Shown: positions 18,921 to 28,964, counted from the first letter of the stretch. The stretch: DNA of 64,000 nt from an uncultured Bacteroidales bacterium (GCA_964487735.1 CAZASJ010000001.1:57051-121050), one strand, 5' to 3'. The notes: generated by a model from the sequence alone, not told the origin. Numbers and translations are program-made.

Positions 18921-18945
18921 ATTGTTTTCAAGTTAATGGATGTGA

Positions 18946-19593
18946 TTAGGGGTTTGTGACCAGATATGGTGACTGTTTGTATGCCTGATCGATATAATCG
19001 AATAAACGCGTATCAACAAGTCCGCTGTTATTCGTCAGCACCCCTCCTATCATAGTGGCCCAGAGAGCATTGATCGTTTTGTTGGTATGATCAATGTTTT
19101 TCAGATCAGAAATATCGATGATCAGTGCGCCCTCTTCATATGATCCCAAATAGGTTGCCCATGGATAATAGTATCCATAACCGGGATAACCCCAATAACC
19201 AGGATAACCCCACCAATAGTTGTAGGAAAACACATAATTTTCTCTTGTAATGATCGATACACCCATTCCCATATCAGGATTGGCAGATGAATCTACCCTC
19301 ACAAAATTTCTAGCCTCCATATTGGCATTTATTTTTTCCAGCACTGACTCATAATATTCTTGATAATGTGCCTTTTCCTGAGGTGTGGCTGTGCTGTCAA
19401 CTATGAGCGAATCAGGTACATAATACGTTTTATATAAGGTAAAGTCTGCAGATTCGTTAAAGTTGGTCCAGACCATGTCCATGTCGCTTGTGTCAACACT
19501 ATAAGTAGGATACTTACTGCATGATGCGACCATCAGTCCTGCAAATACCATAAGCACGGCAGGATAGAAAAATCTTCCTAATAATTGTTTCAT
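18946..19593 (-). CDS. DUF4136-like lipoprotein with a Trp/Tyr/Gly/Pro-rich segment
   Basis: ATG at 19593 gives MKQLLGRFFYPAVLMVFAGLMVASC. Contains DFTLYKTYYV and the low-complexity segment YNYWWGYPGYWGYPGYGYYYPWATY. Confidence 0.5.
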   Translation of the reverse strand: MKQLLGRFFYPAVLMVFAGLMVASCSKYPTYSVDTSDMDMVWTNFNESADFTLYKTYYVPDSLIVDSTATPQEKAHYQEYYESVLEKINANMEARNFVRVDSSANPDMGMGVSIITRENYVFSYNYWWGYPGYWGYPGYGYYYPWATYLGSYEEGALIIDISDLKNIDHTNKTINALWATMIGGVLTNNSGLVDTRLFDYIDQAYKQSPYLVTNP

Positions 19594-19781
19594 GGGATAT
19601 AAAATTGAATAAACGTTCATTTTGCTTTAACAAACAATAGTGAATTATATTTGTTCAGCTATTAGTAATGCAAATGTATGAAATTATGTTTTGTATAAGT
19701 GTTTATCCCCATGCTTCGATGGCTAACTACTAAGATAGCTTCAATGAAAAATTAATAAGAACTTTCTTCAACAGATACTAA

Positions 19782-20489
19782 ATGATCTACGCAATACAAG
19801 ATAGTATACCCGATTGGGTTAACCAGCGAATGGACGATATGGGGCCTGTTTATGCAGAAACAGCTGGTGAGGGTTTCCTTGTTGAGCCCTGGAATTCGCT
19901 CACCTCTTTGCTCATGCTGATTCCGGTAATCTACTGGCTGATCAGGATAAGAAAAGAGTCAGGCTCATTCAGGTTTATGCTGTATGCTATTCCACTTATG
20001 GCTCTCGGTGGCATTGGAAGTGCATTGTTTCATGGTTTCAGGGCTTCCGTAGTTTTCCTTATCATGGATGTGGCACCCTCAGCCTTTCTCACACTCTCCC
20101 TTGCCATTTATTTCTGGTATAAACTCTTGCGAAAATGGTATTTTGTGCTGATCCTGTTCATTCCTATGCTCCTGGTCAGGTTCCTTGTTTTTTCTATGAT
20201 GCCTGAGCATGCTGCTATAAATGCCTCATACGCTATTTCAGGGCTTACTATTCTATTGCCTGTTCCCTTCCTGCTTCGTCGCATGAATTACCGTGGAGCC
20301 TGGTCGATCGGACTTACCCTGGCATCATTCGGGCTTGCTCTCATGTTCCGCGAAGCGGATGCCCGGGCAGCCATGTACTTTTCAATCGGATCGCATTTTC
20401 TCTGGCATGTTTTCAGTGCAATAGGTGGGTATTTTATACTTGAGTATCTGTATATTTTCAGGAAGGCTGAGGTGGATGCTGGATCCTAG
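19782..20489 (+). CDS. Seven-TM membrane protein, possibly alkaline-ceramidase-like
   Basis: 235 aa. An N-terminal EPWNSLTSL motif resembles the EPxNxxSN motif of the ceramidase family, and there are conserved His residues (ALFHGF, FLWHVF). The assignment is tentative. Confidence 0.4.
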   Translation: MIYAIQDSIPDWVNQRMDDMGPVYAETAGEGFLVEPWNSLTSLLMLIPVIYWLIRIRKESGSFRFMLYAIPLMALGGIGSALFHGFRASVVFLIMDVAPSAFLTLSLAIYFWYKLLRKWYFVLILFIPMLLVRFLVFSMMPEHAAINASYAISGLTILLPVPFLLRRMNYRGAWSIGLTLASFGLALMFREADARAAMYFSIGSHFLWHVFSAIGGYFILEYLYIFRKAEVDAGS

Positions 20490-20509
20490 ATTATGAAATA
20501 TGGATTATG
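20490..20509. repeat. Inverted-orientation copy of the CATAATCCAT word pair
   Basis: ATTATGAAATATGGATTATG is the reverse complement of CATAATCCATATTTCATAAT. Confidence 0.6.
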
Positions 20510-20617
20510 TAAAAAAGGCATTTATCATTGCTTACGAGTCCCTGGCTTCTTGTAACTAGTTATCAGGCACTCATTCCTCGTATCCTAAATAAAGTAAATT
20601 TTTAATTTGACGATCCC

Positions 20618-20631
20618 CGTGGCTTGCCACG
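20618..20631. repeat. Perfect palindrome CGTGGCTTGCCACG
   Basis: 5-bp arms. Its reverse complement matches 29022-29035 at 13 of 14 positions. Confidence 0.6.
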
Positions 20632-20696
20632 AAGAATTATTTGATTGAATGATGATATCCTAATGGCGATTGGCAGTGAAAATGGCAGCCTGGGGA

Positions 20697-20735
20697 ATCC
20701 ATAATTCATAATCCATAATCCATAATCCATAATTA
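20697..20735. repeat. Tandem ATAATCCAT 9-mers (about 4 copies)
   Basis: ATCCATAATTCATAATCCATAATCCATAATCCATAATTA. Confidence 0.85.
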
Positions 20736-20770
20736 ACTCTACACTCAAAACTGGATTCTCTGTAAGCTGT

Positions 20771-21841
20771 TTAAGGATTACTCCTTTTTCTACTTAATAA
20801 GCGCAGATCCCTTTTCATTCTAAAACGATAAACCACATTAAATCTGTACATCCCCGTATCGTAGCCTAACCATGAATCTGGCACAGGGGATTGATTCCGG
20901 ACAAAGATCCCCAGGTATGAAACACCCACAAAAAACTTCCTGCTATTATACCCCATTGCAATTCTTCCGGTGAGATTTCCTGCCACAGTAAAGCCCGATC
21001 TGTCAGCTTCATTATCCTGACTGGTATACACCCATGAACCTCCTGCCGACAGGCCCCCAACAAGGGATACTGTAAGGAAAAAATGCTGTTTAACAACAAA
21101 TGTATGGGCATAGCCTGCTATTACCCCTCCATTGAGGATCCTGTATTGGCTAAAATGCAATCCATCGAAAAAATTGGTGTCGGCTCCGCCCGAGGGGATC
21201 AAAGAGGTATCTCCCTGGGTATCGACGAAGAAAATGTTTCCGCCTGCAAGAAAGGATCCGGCACTTTTCTTCTGCCATTCATTTTGCAGGAAAGGGGCCC
21301 TGTAACTAAACTTTTTACTATTAAACAGGTACTCTCCGTTTAGCCCAATACTGATTGATTGAATATCAGGACGCTTGGGCAAGGTATCTATGGTTGGCCA
21401 GTCGGTATACCAGTCGTTGGGATCCGTCTGATGAAAACCTTTGTAATACTGAAGGTAAATATCCAGTGTAAGAGGCCGAAGATACATATGCGTTTGAAGA
21501 TCAAGATATTCGGTTTCACCATACTTATGATCATCATTATTTATAAAAGGGAAGTTGAATCCTATATTCAAGCCCAGGATGCCATAATTGGCCCCTATGC
21601 CAAGAATAAGTGGCTCGTTGGGATGATAAAGAATTTCCTTTTTCAGCCTACTGTCGCGGAGGGTAATGTTAGCTGTCTTAACGGAGGCATACATCCGTGT
21701 GGTCAGATGATCAAGATAGGACTCAACATAATTTGAGTCGTTTTCACCTGCCAATTTCCCCAAAATACCCTGTGAATGGGATGGTCGACAAAGGAATATA
21801 AAAACAACAAAAAAAAATAGAAGCCTGCTTTTTTGTATCAT
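20771..21841 (-). CDS. Outer-membrane protein, DUF4421-like
   Basis: 356 aa with a signal peptide and a beta-rich sequence. The N-terminal region NDSNYVESYLDHLTTRMYASVK...LYHPNEPLILGIGANYGILGLNIGF matches my memory of DUF4421. Confidence 0.45.
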   Translation of the reverse strand: MIQKSRLLFFFVVFIFLCRPSHSQGILGKLAGENDSNYVESYLDHLTTRMYASVKTANITLRDSRLKKEILYHPNEPLILGIGANYGILGLNIGFNFPFINNDDHKYGETEYLDLQTHMYLRPLTLDIYLQYYKGFHQTDPNDWYTDWPTIDTLPKRPDIQSISIGLNGEYLFNSKKFSYRAPFLQNEWQKKSAGSFLAGGNIFFVDTQGDTSLIPSGGADTNFFDGLHFSQYRILNGGVIAGYAHTFVVKQHFFLTVSLVGGLSAGGSWVYTSQDNEADRSGFTVAGNLTGRIAMGYNSRKFFVGVSYLGIFVRNQSPVPDSWLGYDTGMYRFNVVYRFRMKRDLRLLSRKRSNP

Positions 21842-22063
21842 CCTGAAAGGGGCAATGGAACTAGCGCTTTTTTATTTCCTATTCCAGGGTGCCATAAGCA
21901 CTATCATTCCTGAATAAGAGGTTATAATGATCAGGGTAAATATTCTTTTCATATCATAATATATAATTAATTCTCAATAATTCTCACAGAAACGGGACCC
22001 TTTCCAATCCTAACACAAATGTATGAAAATATTGAAAAGCAATTTATGAACTACTTATTAGCT

Positions 22064-22071
22064 ATTTTTGT
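22064..22071 (+). promoter_or_regulatory. Candidate -7 box (TAttTTTG)
   Basis: Exact TAnnTTTG match 18 nt upstream of the ATG at 22089. Confidence 0.35.
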
Positions 22072-22088
22072 TGATTCAGAAAAATCAA

Positions 22089-23549
22089 ATGAAACGCTTA
22101 TTCATCATTCCATTCTTCGTACTTGTCTTGTCATACACAGGCATGGCACAATATGGCTCCTTTGGAGTAACCGATGCCCGAAGCCTTGGAATGGGCAATA
22201 CCTATAATGCCACTACTTTCGATCTTTATGCGATTGGGAAAAACCCTGCTTTACTTTCCAATAAGGGTGGAGAACATAAAGTATCACTAATCTTTCCGAA
22301 CCTTACAGCCCAACAATACGGAGTTGGAAAAGCAATCAGCACCTTTGATTACTATACAACCAACAAGCTTCGAAGCGATGGTTTGATTACCCTGGATAAA
22401 GAAAAATTTCAATTAGCGATCGACAATAACGGGATCATATTTATGGATATGCTCCTTGGTTTTTTTTCGGCAGCTTATCATCCAAATGAAAAGATTGGCA
22501 GTTTTGCTTTTAGCATGTCGGATTATATAACAGGATACATGGATATCCCGGATATTATCCTGGATGTTAATTACGGAACGGATATCCCTGATGGAAATTT
22601 TTCGCTGGATCAATTTTCTTTTAAGGCATGGTGGATCAGAACATATGCCATTTCATACAGCAGGTATTTATACAAGGATCAAAGCCTTCACAGAAACAAT
22701 CCCGGCCTGATCCAAAGCATTTCCGGAGGAATTACAGCAAAATATGTTCAAACTTATGCGTATACAGATATAGGATTATCAGCCCAGGCAAATTATTCTA
22801 CAGCAACACAAACCTTAAGCGGAAGTTATCAGGCCAATGCCATATATTCATTTTCAGAAGATCTTGCAATTGCAAATTCATTTGATCAGGGTACAAATAA
22901 TGCACCTCCGGGATTTATGAAATTGAAGCCGGCAGGAAAAGGCTTTGGCATTGACCTTGGTGCAAGCGCTGAACTACGTAAAGGTTGGATCATTGGCCTG
23001 GCAGTAACCGATCTGGGAAGTATAAACTGGACCGGTTCTGCAAAATCATCTGAATTTGATGGTTACATTGACATTTCCGGTGTAATAGACTATGAAACCA
23101 TTGATTCACTATCACACGAAATCAATTTGGTAAAGGAACAGAGTGAAAACTTTAAAACCCCCATGCCCACTGCCGTAAGATTGGGTGTAGCGCTAAAATT
23201 TGAGGAAATGTTTAAGCGTTTTCCGGGAGAACTTTTGGTGGGCTTAGACTATAACCAGGGACTGAACGATCAACCCTCTAACTTCAAGGCGGCCCGATTT
23301 TCACTTGGGCTTCAGTATCGATACAAACCCAAATGGCCCATCCTGATAGCGGGATATACTTACGATATGCTGAATATGGGTAGAGCTGCAATCGGCCTGG
23401 GATATGAAACCTGGTTTGTAGATGTTTATGTAAGTACCATCGATCTCTTTTCAATTGTTAGCGGGGGCCCGAGATTCTCAGCTTCGCTGGTAGCACGCTG
23501 GAAACTTTTTTCGGGATATATGAAAAACAAAAAACCGGCCTGTTACTAA
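22089..23549 (+). CDS. Outer-membrane beta-barrel protein, PorV/FadL-like (family uncertain)
   Basis: ATG at 22089 gives the signal peptide MKRLFIIPFFVLVLSYTGMAQ. The mature N-terminus is ARSLGMGNTYNATTFDLYAIGKNPALL, an ARxxGMGNA...NPA pattern seen in PorV/DUF5723-type barrels. Confidence 0.45.
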   Translation: MKRLFIIPFFVLVLSYTGMAQYGSFGVTDARSLGMGNTYNATTFDLYAIGKNPALLSNKGGEHKVSLIFPNLTAQQYGVGKAISTFDYYTTNKLRSDGLITLDKEKFQLAIDNNGIIFMDMLLGFFSAAYHPNEKIGSFAFSMSDYITGYMDIPDIILDVNYGTDIPDGNFSLDQFSFKAWWIRTYAISYSRYLYKDQSLHRNNPGLIQSISGGITAKYVQTYAYTDIGLSAQANYSTATQTLSGSYQANAIYSFSEDLAIANSFDQGTNNAPPGFMKLKPAGKGFGIDLGASAELRKGWIIGLAVTDLGSINWTGSAKSSEFDGYIDISGVIDYETIDSLSHEINLVKEQSENFKTPMPTAVRLGVALKFEEMFKRFPGELLVGLDYNQGLNDQPSNFKAARFSLGLQYRYKPKWPILIAGYTYDMLNMGRAAIGLGYETWFVDVYVSTIDLFSIVSGGPRFSASLVARWKLFSGYMKNKKPACY

Positions 23550-23698
23550 AAACCTCTTTCATTTATTATTTCGAATACAATCCGGTAAATTGCTCAGGTG
23601 TATTCATCCAATATAAAATTCATAAATTCAACGAATCGTCCTGAACAGAAATTGAAGGGCCCAAAACTTAAATTTTTGCGTTTGCTAAAGAAATCATC

Positions 23699-23706
23699 TA
23701 TTTTTG
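23699..23706 (+). promoter_or_regulatory. Candidate -7 box (TAttTTTG) for the K+ channel gene
   Basis: Exact TAnnTTTG match 26 nt upstream of the ATG at 23732. Confidence 0.35.
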
Positions 23707-23731
23707 ATGAACTTGCATTAAAGCCCTATAT

Positions 23732-24415
23732 ATGGCATCCTATAAAGAAATGAACGATTATCTATACAAAAACAGATACAGTTATCTGTTTATCGCAACC
23801 ATTCTACAGATATTTCTTATCTCTTTTTTCCCCTCTACAGATAATATGCTGATCAACGAGCTTACATTCTCATTTTTTATGCTGGCAAGCATCAACCTGA
23901 TCAGACACAGTAAACGAATTTTATTTTTAATGATTTTTTTCGCTTCGGTTAGTCTTTTTTTGGTCTGGATACCTGATGAATCGGACCTGGGACAAACATT
24001 TCTGCCCTACGAAAAACTAACAGTAATGCTCTTTATCTCTGTCATCGTTTACCAGATATTTCATCAAATTCTAAAGAGCAAGAGGGTCGGCGCCGATGTG
24101 ATCTTTGGCGCTCTAACCATATATCTGTTTTTGGGAATGCTTGCAGGGGAATCCAATCAGCTGATTTATATCTTTGACAATCAGTCTTTTTACGGTTCTT
24201 TAGAGGGTATGGATATCTCTGCGCTCCGGTATTACAGTTTTGTTACCATGACCACCCTGGGCTATGGAGACATTGCCCCCGTTACACAGATAGCCAGGGC
24301 CGTTGCTGTATTTTACAGTCTGGCCGGACAACTGTACCTGGCAGTAATCGTGGCACTTATTGTTGGGAAATATGTAGCTAATTCAGCCGGTCCTGAAACT
24401 GAACAAAAACAATAA
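23732..24415 (+). CDS. Potassium channel (ion transport 2 family)
   Basis: 227 aa membrane protein with the K+ selectivity filter TTLGYGDIAP. Confidence 0.8.
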   Translation: MASYKEMNDYLYKNRYSYLFIATILQIFLISFFPSTDNMLINELTFSFFMLASINLIRHSKRILFLMIFFASVSLFLVWIPDESDLGQTFLPYEKLTVMLFISVIVYQIFHQILKSKRVGADVIFGALTIYLFLGMLAGESNQLIYIFDNQSFYGSLEGMDISALRYYSFVTMTTLGYGDIAPVTQIARAVAVFYSLAGQLYLAVIVALIVGKYVANSAGPETEQKQ

Positions 24416-24473
24416 GATGACTGCTCTATTTGTCATCTCCTTTTATAAGTTTGCATAGCTGCAAGGACTTTCA

Positions 24474-24481
24474 TATCTTTG
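24474..24481 (+). promoter_or_regulatory. Candidate -7 box (TAtcTTTG) for the M48 peptidase gene
   Basis: Exact TAnnTTTG match 33 nt upstream of the ATG at 24514. Confidence 0.35.
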
Positions 24482-24513
24482 CTGCTCAATCATTTAATCC
24501 ATATTAATACAGC

Positions 24514-25329
24514 ATGATGAAAAATATTAAGCCTACACTTATCCTCGCAGTTACGATTGTTTTGATAGTTGTTTCTTCTTGTAAGAAAGGCAGTGATGAA
24601 AGTCCTATAAACTTGTTTTCCGTGAATGATGATATCGAGTTCGGTAAATCCGTTGAAGCTGAGATCGCAGCTAACCCACAGGAATTTCCCGTTCTTGATC
24701 CCGCCTCTTATCCGGAAGCATATCAGCACATCAACCGTATCCGTGATTCAGTACTGGCTACCGGCTTGCTGTATTATGAAGACGAATTTGAATGGAAGGT
24801 AAAGATCATCAGGAACGATACCATGCTGAATGCCTTTGCCACACCCGGAGGGTATATGTATTTTTACACAGGCATTATAAAATACCTGGACAATGAGGCC
24901 CAATTTGCCGGCGTCATGGCACATGAGATGTCCCATGCCGATCTCCGTCACAGCACCAGCATGCTCACCACAACCTATGGGGTGCAAATATTGTTTTCCA
25001 TTGTCCTGGGCCAGGCAAACAGCCAATTGGCTGATATCGTAGCCGATCTTGCTTATGGCCTTGGCGAACTGGCATATAGCCGTACTATGGAATACAAAGC
25101 TGACGAAAAGGCAGTGGAGTATCTATATCAAACCTCATATGATGCCAGGGGTATAGCCGGATTCTTTATTAAATTAGGCGACGCCCCAAGTCCACCACAA
25201 TTTCTCAGCACCCACCCCTCTCCGGAAAACCGCATTGAAAAGATCAACGAAAAATGGGCAGAACTTGGCGGGAAGGAAGGCAATGATTATGTAGATAGCT
25301 ATAATGCTTTTAAAGCAAGTTTGCCTTAA
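24514..25329 (+). CDS. M48 family zinc metallopeptidase, lipoprotein
   Basis: Lipobox VVSSC, zinc motif HEMSHADLRH and a downstream E (EYKADE) typical of M48. Confidence 0.85.
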   Translation: MMKNIKPTLILAVTIVLIVVSSCKKGSDESPINLFSVNDDIEFGKSVEAEIAANPQEFPVLDPASYPEAYQHINRIRDSVLATGLLYYEDEFEWKVKIIRNDTMLNAFATPGGYMYFYTGIIKYLDNEAQFAGVMAHEMSHADLRHSTSMLTTTYGVQILFSIVLGQANSQLADIVADLAYGLGELAYSRTMEYKADEKAVEYLYQTSYDARGIAGFFIKLGDAPSPPQFLSTHPSPENRIEKINEKWAELGGKEGNDYVDSYNAFKASLP

Positions 25330-25698
25330 AAAGAGCTTTATTACCCCGGGTAGCGGATACCTGAAATTCCAGAAATTTAATTTCACCTGAACATGCAATC
25401 CGGTATTTGTAACATCAAAACCGGTAGGATTTAATCTATTTTCTTAAGCTTAAAAAACCAATTGGCTACCTAATGCCAACAGCTTGCTTTTTGAACAATT
25501 TTAGAAGGCAATCCCGATGATGATGCGATGATATTTTCTATGTTCGAACATAACGACATTTATTACCCTTTGGGGAATAGAAAAAAATCAACAAGGAAGC
25601 TGGATTCATAGTGGAATCGTCGAAGAAGAAAACAACATATCTTGCCTTATCCTGAGTTTTTTAAGAATTTTAGGTTATTTTTATTAAAAAATGAACGC

Positions 25699-25950
25699 AT
25701 GAGCACAGATAATGACAACTATAAAATCCTCGCCGCAGCAGTTGTTGGCGCCATAGGCGGATTGCTCCTGGGCGAATATCTTCGTGGAAAAGACGAGAAC
25801 CACCGGCCGCTTTCCAAACACCTGGCAAGCCTGAGTGAAATCCTCGAACAACTTGAAGGCATAGACACGAAAGAAGTAAAAGACCTGAAAGACAGGATCC
25901 ACAATATCATCAAAACAATTGAAGAAAATTATGGCATCACTAAAGGATAA
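25699..25950 (+). CDS. YtxH-like small membrane-anchored protein
   Basis: ATG at 25699 gives MSTDNDNYKILAAAVVGAIGGLLLGEYL followed by a charged helical tail. Confidence 0.45.
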   Translation: MSTDNDNYKILAAAVVGAIGGLLLGEYLRGKDENHRPLSKHLASLSEILEQLEGIDTKEVKDLKDRIHNIIKTIEENYGITKG

Positions 25951-26521
25951 TATTGATCATATAGCAGATGACACCCGTGAGATAATCATGAATTATCTGA
26001 AGTTGTTTTCAATCAGGCAAACAGAAAAGCTGGCCCGTTTCTTTGGGCTGCTTTCCACAATATTTATCATATCCATCATCCTTTTGATCGTGGTTATTTT
26101 CTTTTCATTTGCACTGGCAGGGGTTCTCAACAGTTTATTGAACACTTTAATTTGGGGTTATATGATCGTATCAGGCATTTATGTCCTGGTTATTTTGATC
26201 ATTCTAATGAACATGAGAAAAACCCAAAAACCTTTACTATCAAATGCCATTGCCAAATCCCTGGCTACCGTTTTTGATATAGAGGCTAACCACCCTCTGG
26301 ATCTTGATGGCCTCGCACTTGAAAAAGAACTTGCAAAGGAAAAGATCAATTCAAATAAAGATACGATTGACACAAGTCTTCAATTACTCCGATATTCATT
26401 AATGGAATCTCTTTTTAAGGAGTTCTTCGGTTTATTTACATCAAAGAAGAAAAAAGAAAACTCCGAAGAAGAAGGATCAGATCAACCCATTGATGTAAAA
26501 AAGAAAAAAGATAAAAAATAA
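25931..26521 (+). CDS. Two-TM membrane protein (holin-X/DUF1469-like) with a Lys/Glu-rich tail
   Basis: An amphipathic N-terminus is followed by two long hydrophobic helices and a C-terminal KKKKENSEEEGSDQPIDVKKKKDKK. It overlaps the previous gene by 20 nt. The family call is tentative. Confidence 0.4.
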   Translation: MASLKDNIDHIADDTREIIMNYLKLFSIRQTEKLARFFGLLSTIFIISIILLIVVIFFSFALAGVLNSLLNTLIWGYMIVSGIYVLVILIILMNMRKTQKPLLSNAIAKSLATVFDIEANHPLDLDGLALEKELAKEKINSNKDTIDTSLQLLRYSLMESLFKEFFGLFTSKKKKENSEEEGSDQPIDVKKKKDKK

Positions 26522-26549
26522 AGTAAAATACTAATCTAAGTTTAAAAAG

Positions 26550-27626
26550 ATGGAAAATGAGTCATTATTACCACAACCTAAAGGATCCTCAATTTTCTTT
26601 GCACTGTCTTCATTAACACTGATTATTTTAGGTTTAATATATTTTAGCGGCATCCTGAAACCATTGGTGATCGCATTCCTAATCTGGTTTATTATCAGTC
26701 AGCTGACATCAGCCTTAAAAAAAATTAAGATCAAAGGGCAAGTTTTACCTTCTTTTATCAGGAGTATATTGGCCTTTGCAATCATTTTCCTTGTATTGTA
26801 CCTTGTTGCGGAATTGTTGATCGTCAACATTGAAGGAATTGTAGCATCGATGCCGGAATACATCACAAACCTCGATCTGCAATTTAAAAATGCAAGCTCC
26901 CTGATCCGCAATCCTAATTATACTGAATATTTGCAGGAGTGGATCCACAAGCTTGACCTGTCGTCAATGGCAACATCCGCTTTAAGTTCTATTTCCAGCG
27001 GGGTTGCCAGTTCTGCGGTCGTGATCGTTTATGTGATCTTTTTCCTGATGGAAGAATCAAAAACCAAAGTTAAAGTTAGTAAGCTCTTTCCCACGCATGG
27101 AAAAAAATTCAACAAGTTCAAAAGAAACCTACAAGGCGTCAATGACTCAATCCGCTATTATATCTCATCCATGGTTGGAATTAGCCTGCTGACTGCCGGA
27201 GTGAGTTATGTGATCCTTTGGATCATGGGTGTTGAATATGCATTCCTGTGGGCTTTCCTGGTTTTTATTTTAAATTTTGTCCCATACCTTGGCCCACTTA
27301 TTTCTTCTCTTTTACCCGCAATTTTCGCAGTAGTCACTACAGGCCACTTAATGCAATTTGTATATGTTTTTGCACTAATGGAAGGTGTTCAGATCCTGAT
27401 AGGAAGTTTTATCCAGCCAATGGTTCAGGGCAAAGGGACCAACCTCGGGCCCATCACTGTTATTGTTTCCCTGGCAATCTGGGGGATGCTTTGGGGTATT
27501 GTAGGCATGATCCTGGCTGTGCCCATTACAGCTGTTTTGGTTATATCATGCAGCCAGATTCCATCCATGAGATATCTGGCAATATTACTGTCGGATAAAG
27601 GGGATATCCCGGATCTGGAGGATTAA
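26550..27626 (+). CDS. AI-2E family transporter (PerM/YhhT-like)
   Basis: 358 aa, about 8 TM helices, with conserved FVPYLGP and AVPITAV blocks. Confidence 0.85.
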   Translation: MENESLLPQPKGSSIFFALSSLTLIILGLIYFSGILKPLVIAFLIWFIISQLTSALKKIKIKGQVLPSFIRSILAFAIIFLVLYLVAELLIVNIEGIVASMPEYITNLDLQFKNASSLIRNPNYTEYLQEWIHKLDLSSMATSALSSISSGVASSAVVIVYVIFFLMEESKTKVKVSKLFPTHGKKFNKFKRNLQGVNDSIRYYISSMVGISLLTAGVSYVILWIMGVEYAFLWAFLVFILNFVPYLGPLISSLLPAIFAVVTTGHLMQFVYVFALMEGVQILIGSFIQPMVQGKGTNLGPITVIVSLAIWGMLWGIVGMILAVPITAVLVISCSQIPSMRYLAILLSDKGDIPDLED

Positions 27627-27720
27627 TGGTCGGCAAAGTATCGACCTATCGCAATAGTGCTGTTTTTTATAGCACTGTCCATCTGTTTTAATTTTACAAT
27701 GCATTTATTAATAATTCATT

Positions 27721-28491
27721 ATGTCTAAAAACCTCCTCTCAAAACCGCTGATCATCCTTCTCTGCCTGTTGAGTCTGTCAAGCATTTCCAAATCGCAGAT
27801 CCTGATCACTATTTTACTCGGCGACAAACTCAATACAGGAGCCATAGAATTTGGACTAACAGGTGGTTATAACCGAAATCATATATTTGGGAATCAGGAC
27901 ACCAAGGGTGCCAATAATTTTAATCTGGGTTTTTATTTTGATATCCTGTTAAAAAAAGAAACCGCATGGTATATATATACAGGAGTATTGGTAAAATCTA
28001 CAATGGGAGCAACACTTCCTGTTTATTATTTGAACGATCAAGATCTTGATTCTGTCTTTTTAGGTGGAAGCGTAGATCGTAGGATCAACTATTTCAATGT
28101 ACCGGCAACCATAAAATATCGATTCAAAAACAATCTTTTTCTATTGGGAGGCTTTCAATTCGGACTAAGGCATAAGGCCTCGGATATATTTTCCAACTCC
28201 TACAATTCCAAAGATGATGTTAATTATAAACAGTTAACCAAGGATATGTATAAGAGGCTTGATGCCGGGCTCACGGCTGGAATAGGTTATAAATTCAAGT
28301 ATGGAGCAATGATGAATATGGGTTTGCGATATTATTATGGCCTGGTGGATGTTTATAAAAAAGGCCCTGAATATGGAACAAACTCCTCTCTCTATTTTTT
28401 TGCAGAAATTCCTATTGGAGCTGACCGCAAAAAAAGACCTGCAAGTGACGTAAAAGTGAAAGAGAAGAAGGAGAAAAAAAATAAAAAGTAA
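27721..28491 (+). CDS. Outer-membrane beta-barrel (porin family) protein with a Lys-rich C-terminal tail
   Basis: Signal peptide, alternating beta-strand pattern (GLRYYYGLVDVY) and the tail DRKKRPASDVKVKEKKEKKNKK after the last strand. Confidence 0.6.
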   Translation: MSKNLLSKPLIILLCLLSLSSISKSQILITILLGDKLNTGAIEFGLTGGYNRNHIFGNQDTKGANNFNLGFYFDILLKKETAWYIYTGVLVKSTMGATLPVYYLNDQDLDSVFLGGSVDRRINYFNVPATIKYRFKNNLFLLGGFQFGLRHKASDIFSNSYNSKDDVNYKQLTKDMYKRLDAGLTAGIGYKFKYGAMMNMGLRYYYGLVDVYKKGPEYGTNSSLYFFAEIPIGADRKKRPASDVKVKEKKEKKNKK

Positions 28492-28724
28492 ACAAAAAAG
28501 ACATTTCCTGAAAGACATGCCTCCTTTAAGCCTTGCAATGCATTTTTATGATTTGTCAGGAATATTGAGAAAGATCAATGAGTATTATCTAACAATAGTG
28601 ATTTAATATTAAGCTTTCCTAACATTTAAGGCAAAACTTTAACCGAGCCTTAACTTCTTTTAACTTTCATTTAACCATAAAGGGCCAATTCAAAGCATAC
28701 CTTTATTGCATTAAACGCAAGGAT

Positions 28725-28919
28725 ATGCAATTTATCAAACTCATCGTTTTCGCTATTATTTTTGAATACCTGTGTTGTTTGGGAATCATTGAAAGGGAAA
28801 AACCCAAAATTACAATTGATTCCAATGCTACTCACAAGCTGGAGGTGGTAAAAATCCATGATACAGACATACCGAACCCAAAACCGGCTGCTTCAACATT
28901 CCAAATAAGTATTCAATAA
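28725..28919 (+). CDS. Possible small secreted or membrane protein (64 aa)
   Basis: ATG start and hydrophobic N-terminus MQFIKLIVFAIIFEYLCCLGII. There is no other support, so it may be spurious. Confidence 0.2.
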   Translation: MQFIKLIVFAIIFEYLCCLGIIEREKPKITIDSNATHKLEVVKIHDTDIPNPKPAASTFQISIQ

Positions 28920-28964
28920 AATATTTACGGGATTCTCAAAATAAAGAAAATTCTTTTAACCCTC

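Noticed and set aside
21872-21952. 26-codon hydrophobic micro-ORF (MKRIFTLIIITSYSGMIVLMAPWNRK) upstream of the DUF4421-like gene.
   Set aside because: It is too short to support without conservation or ribosome profiling data, and it could equally be 5' leader sequence.
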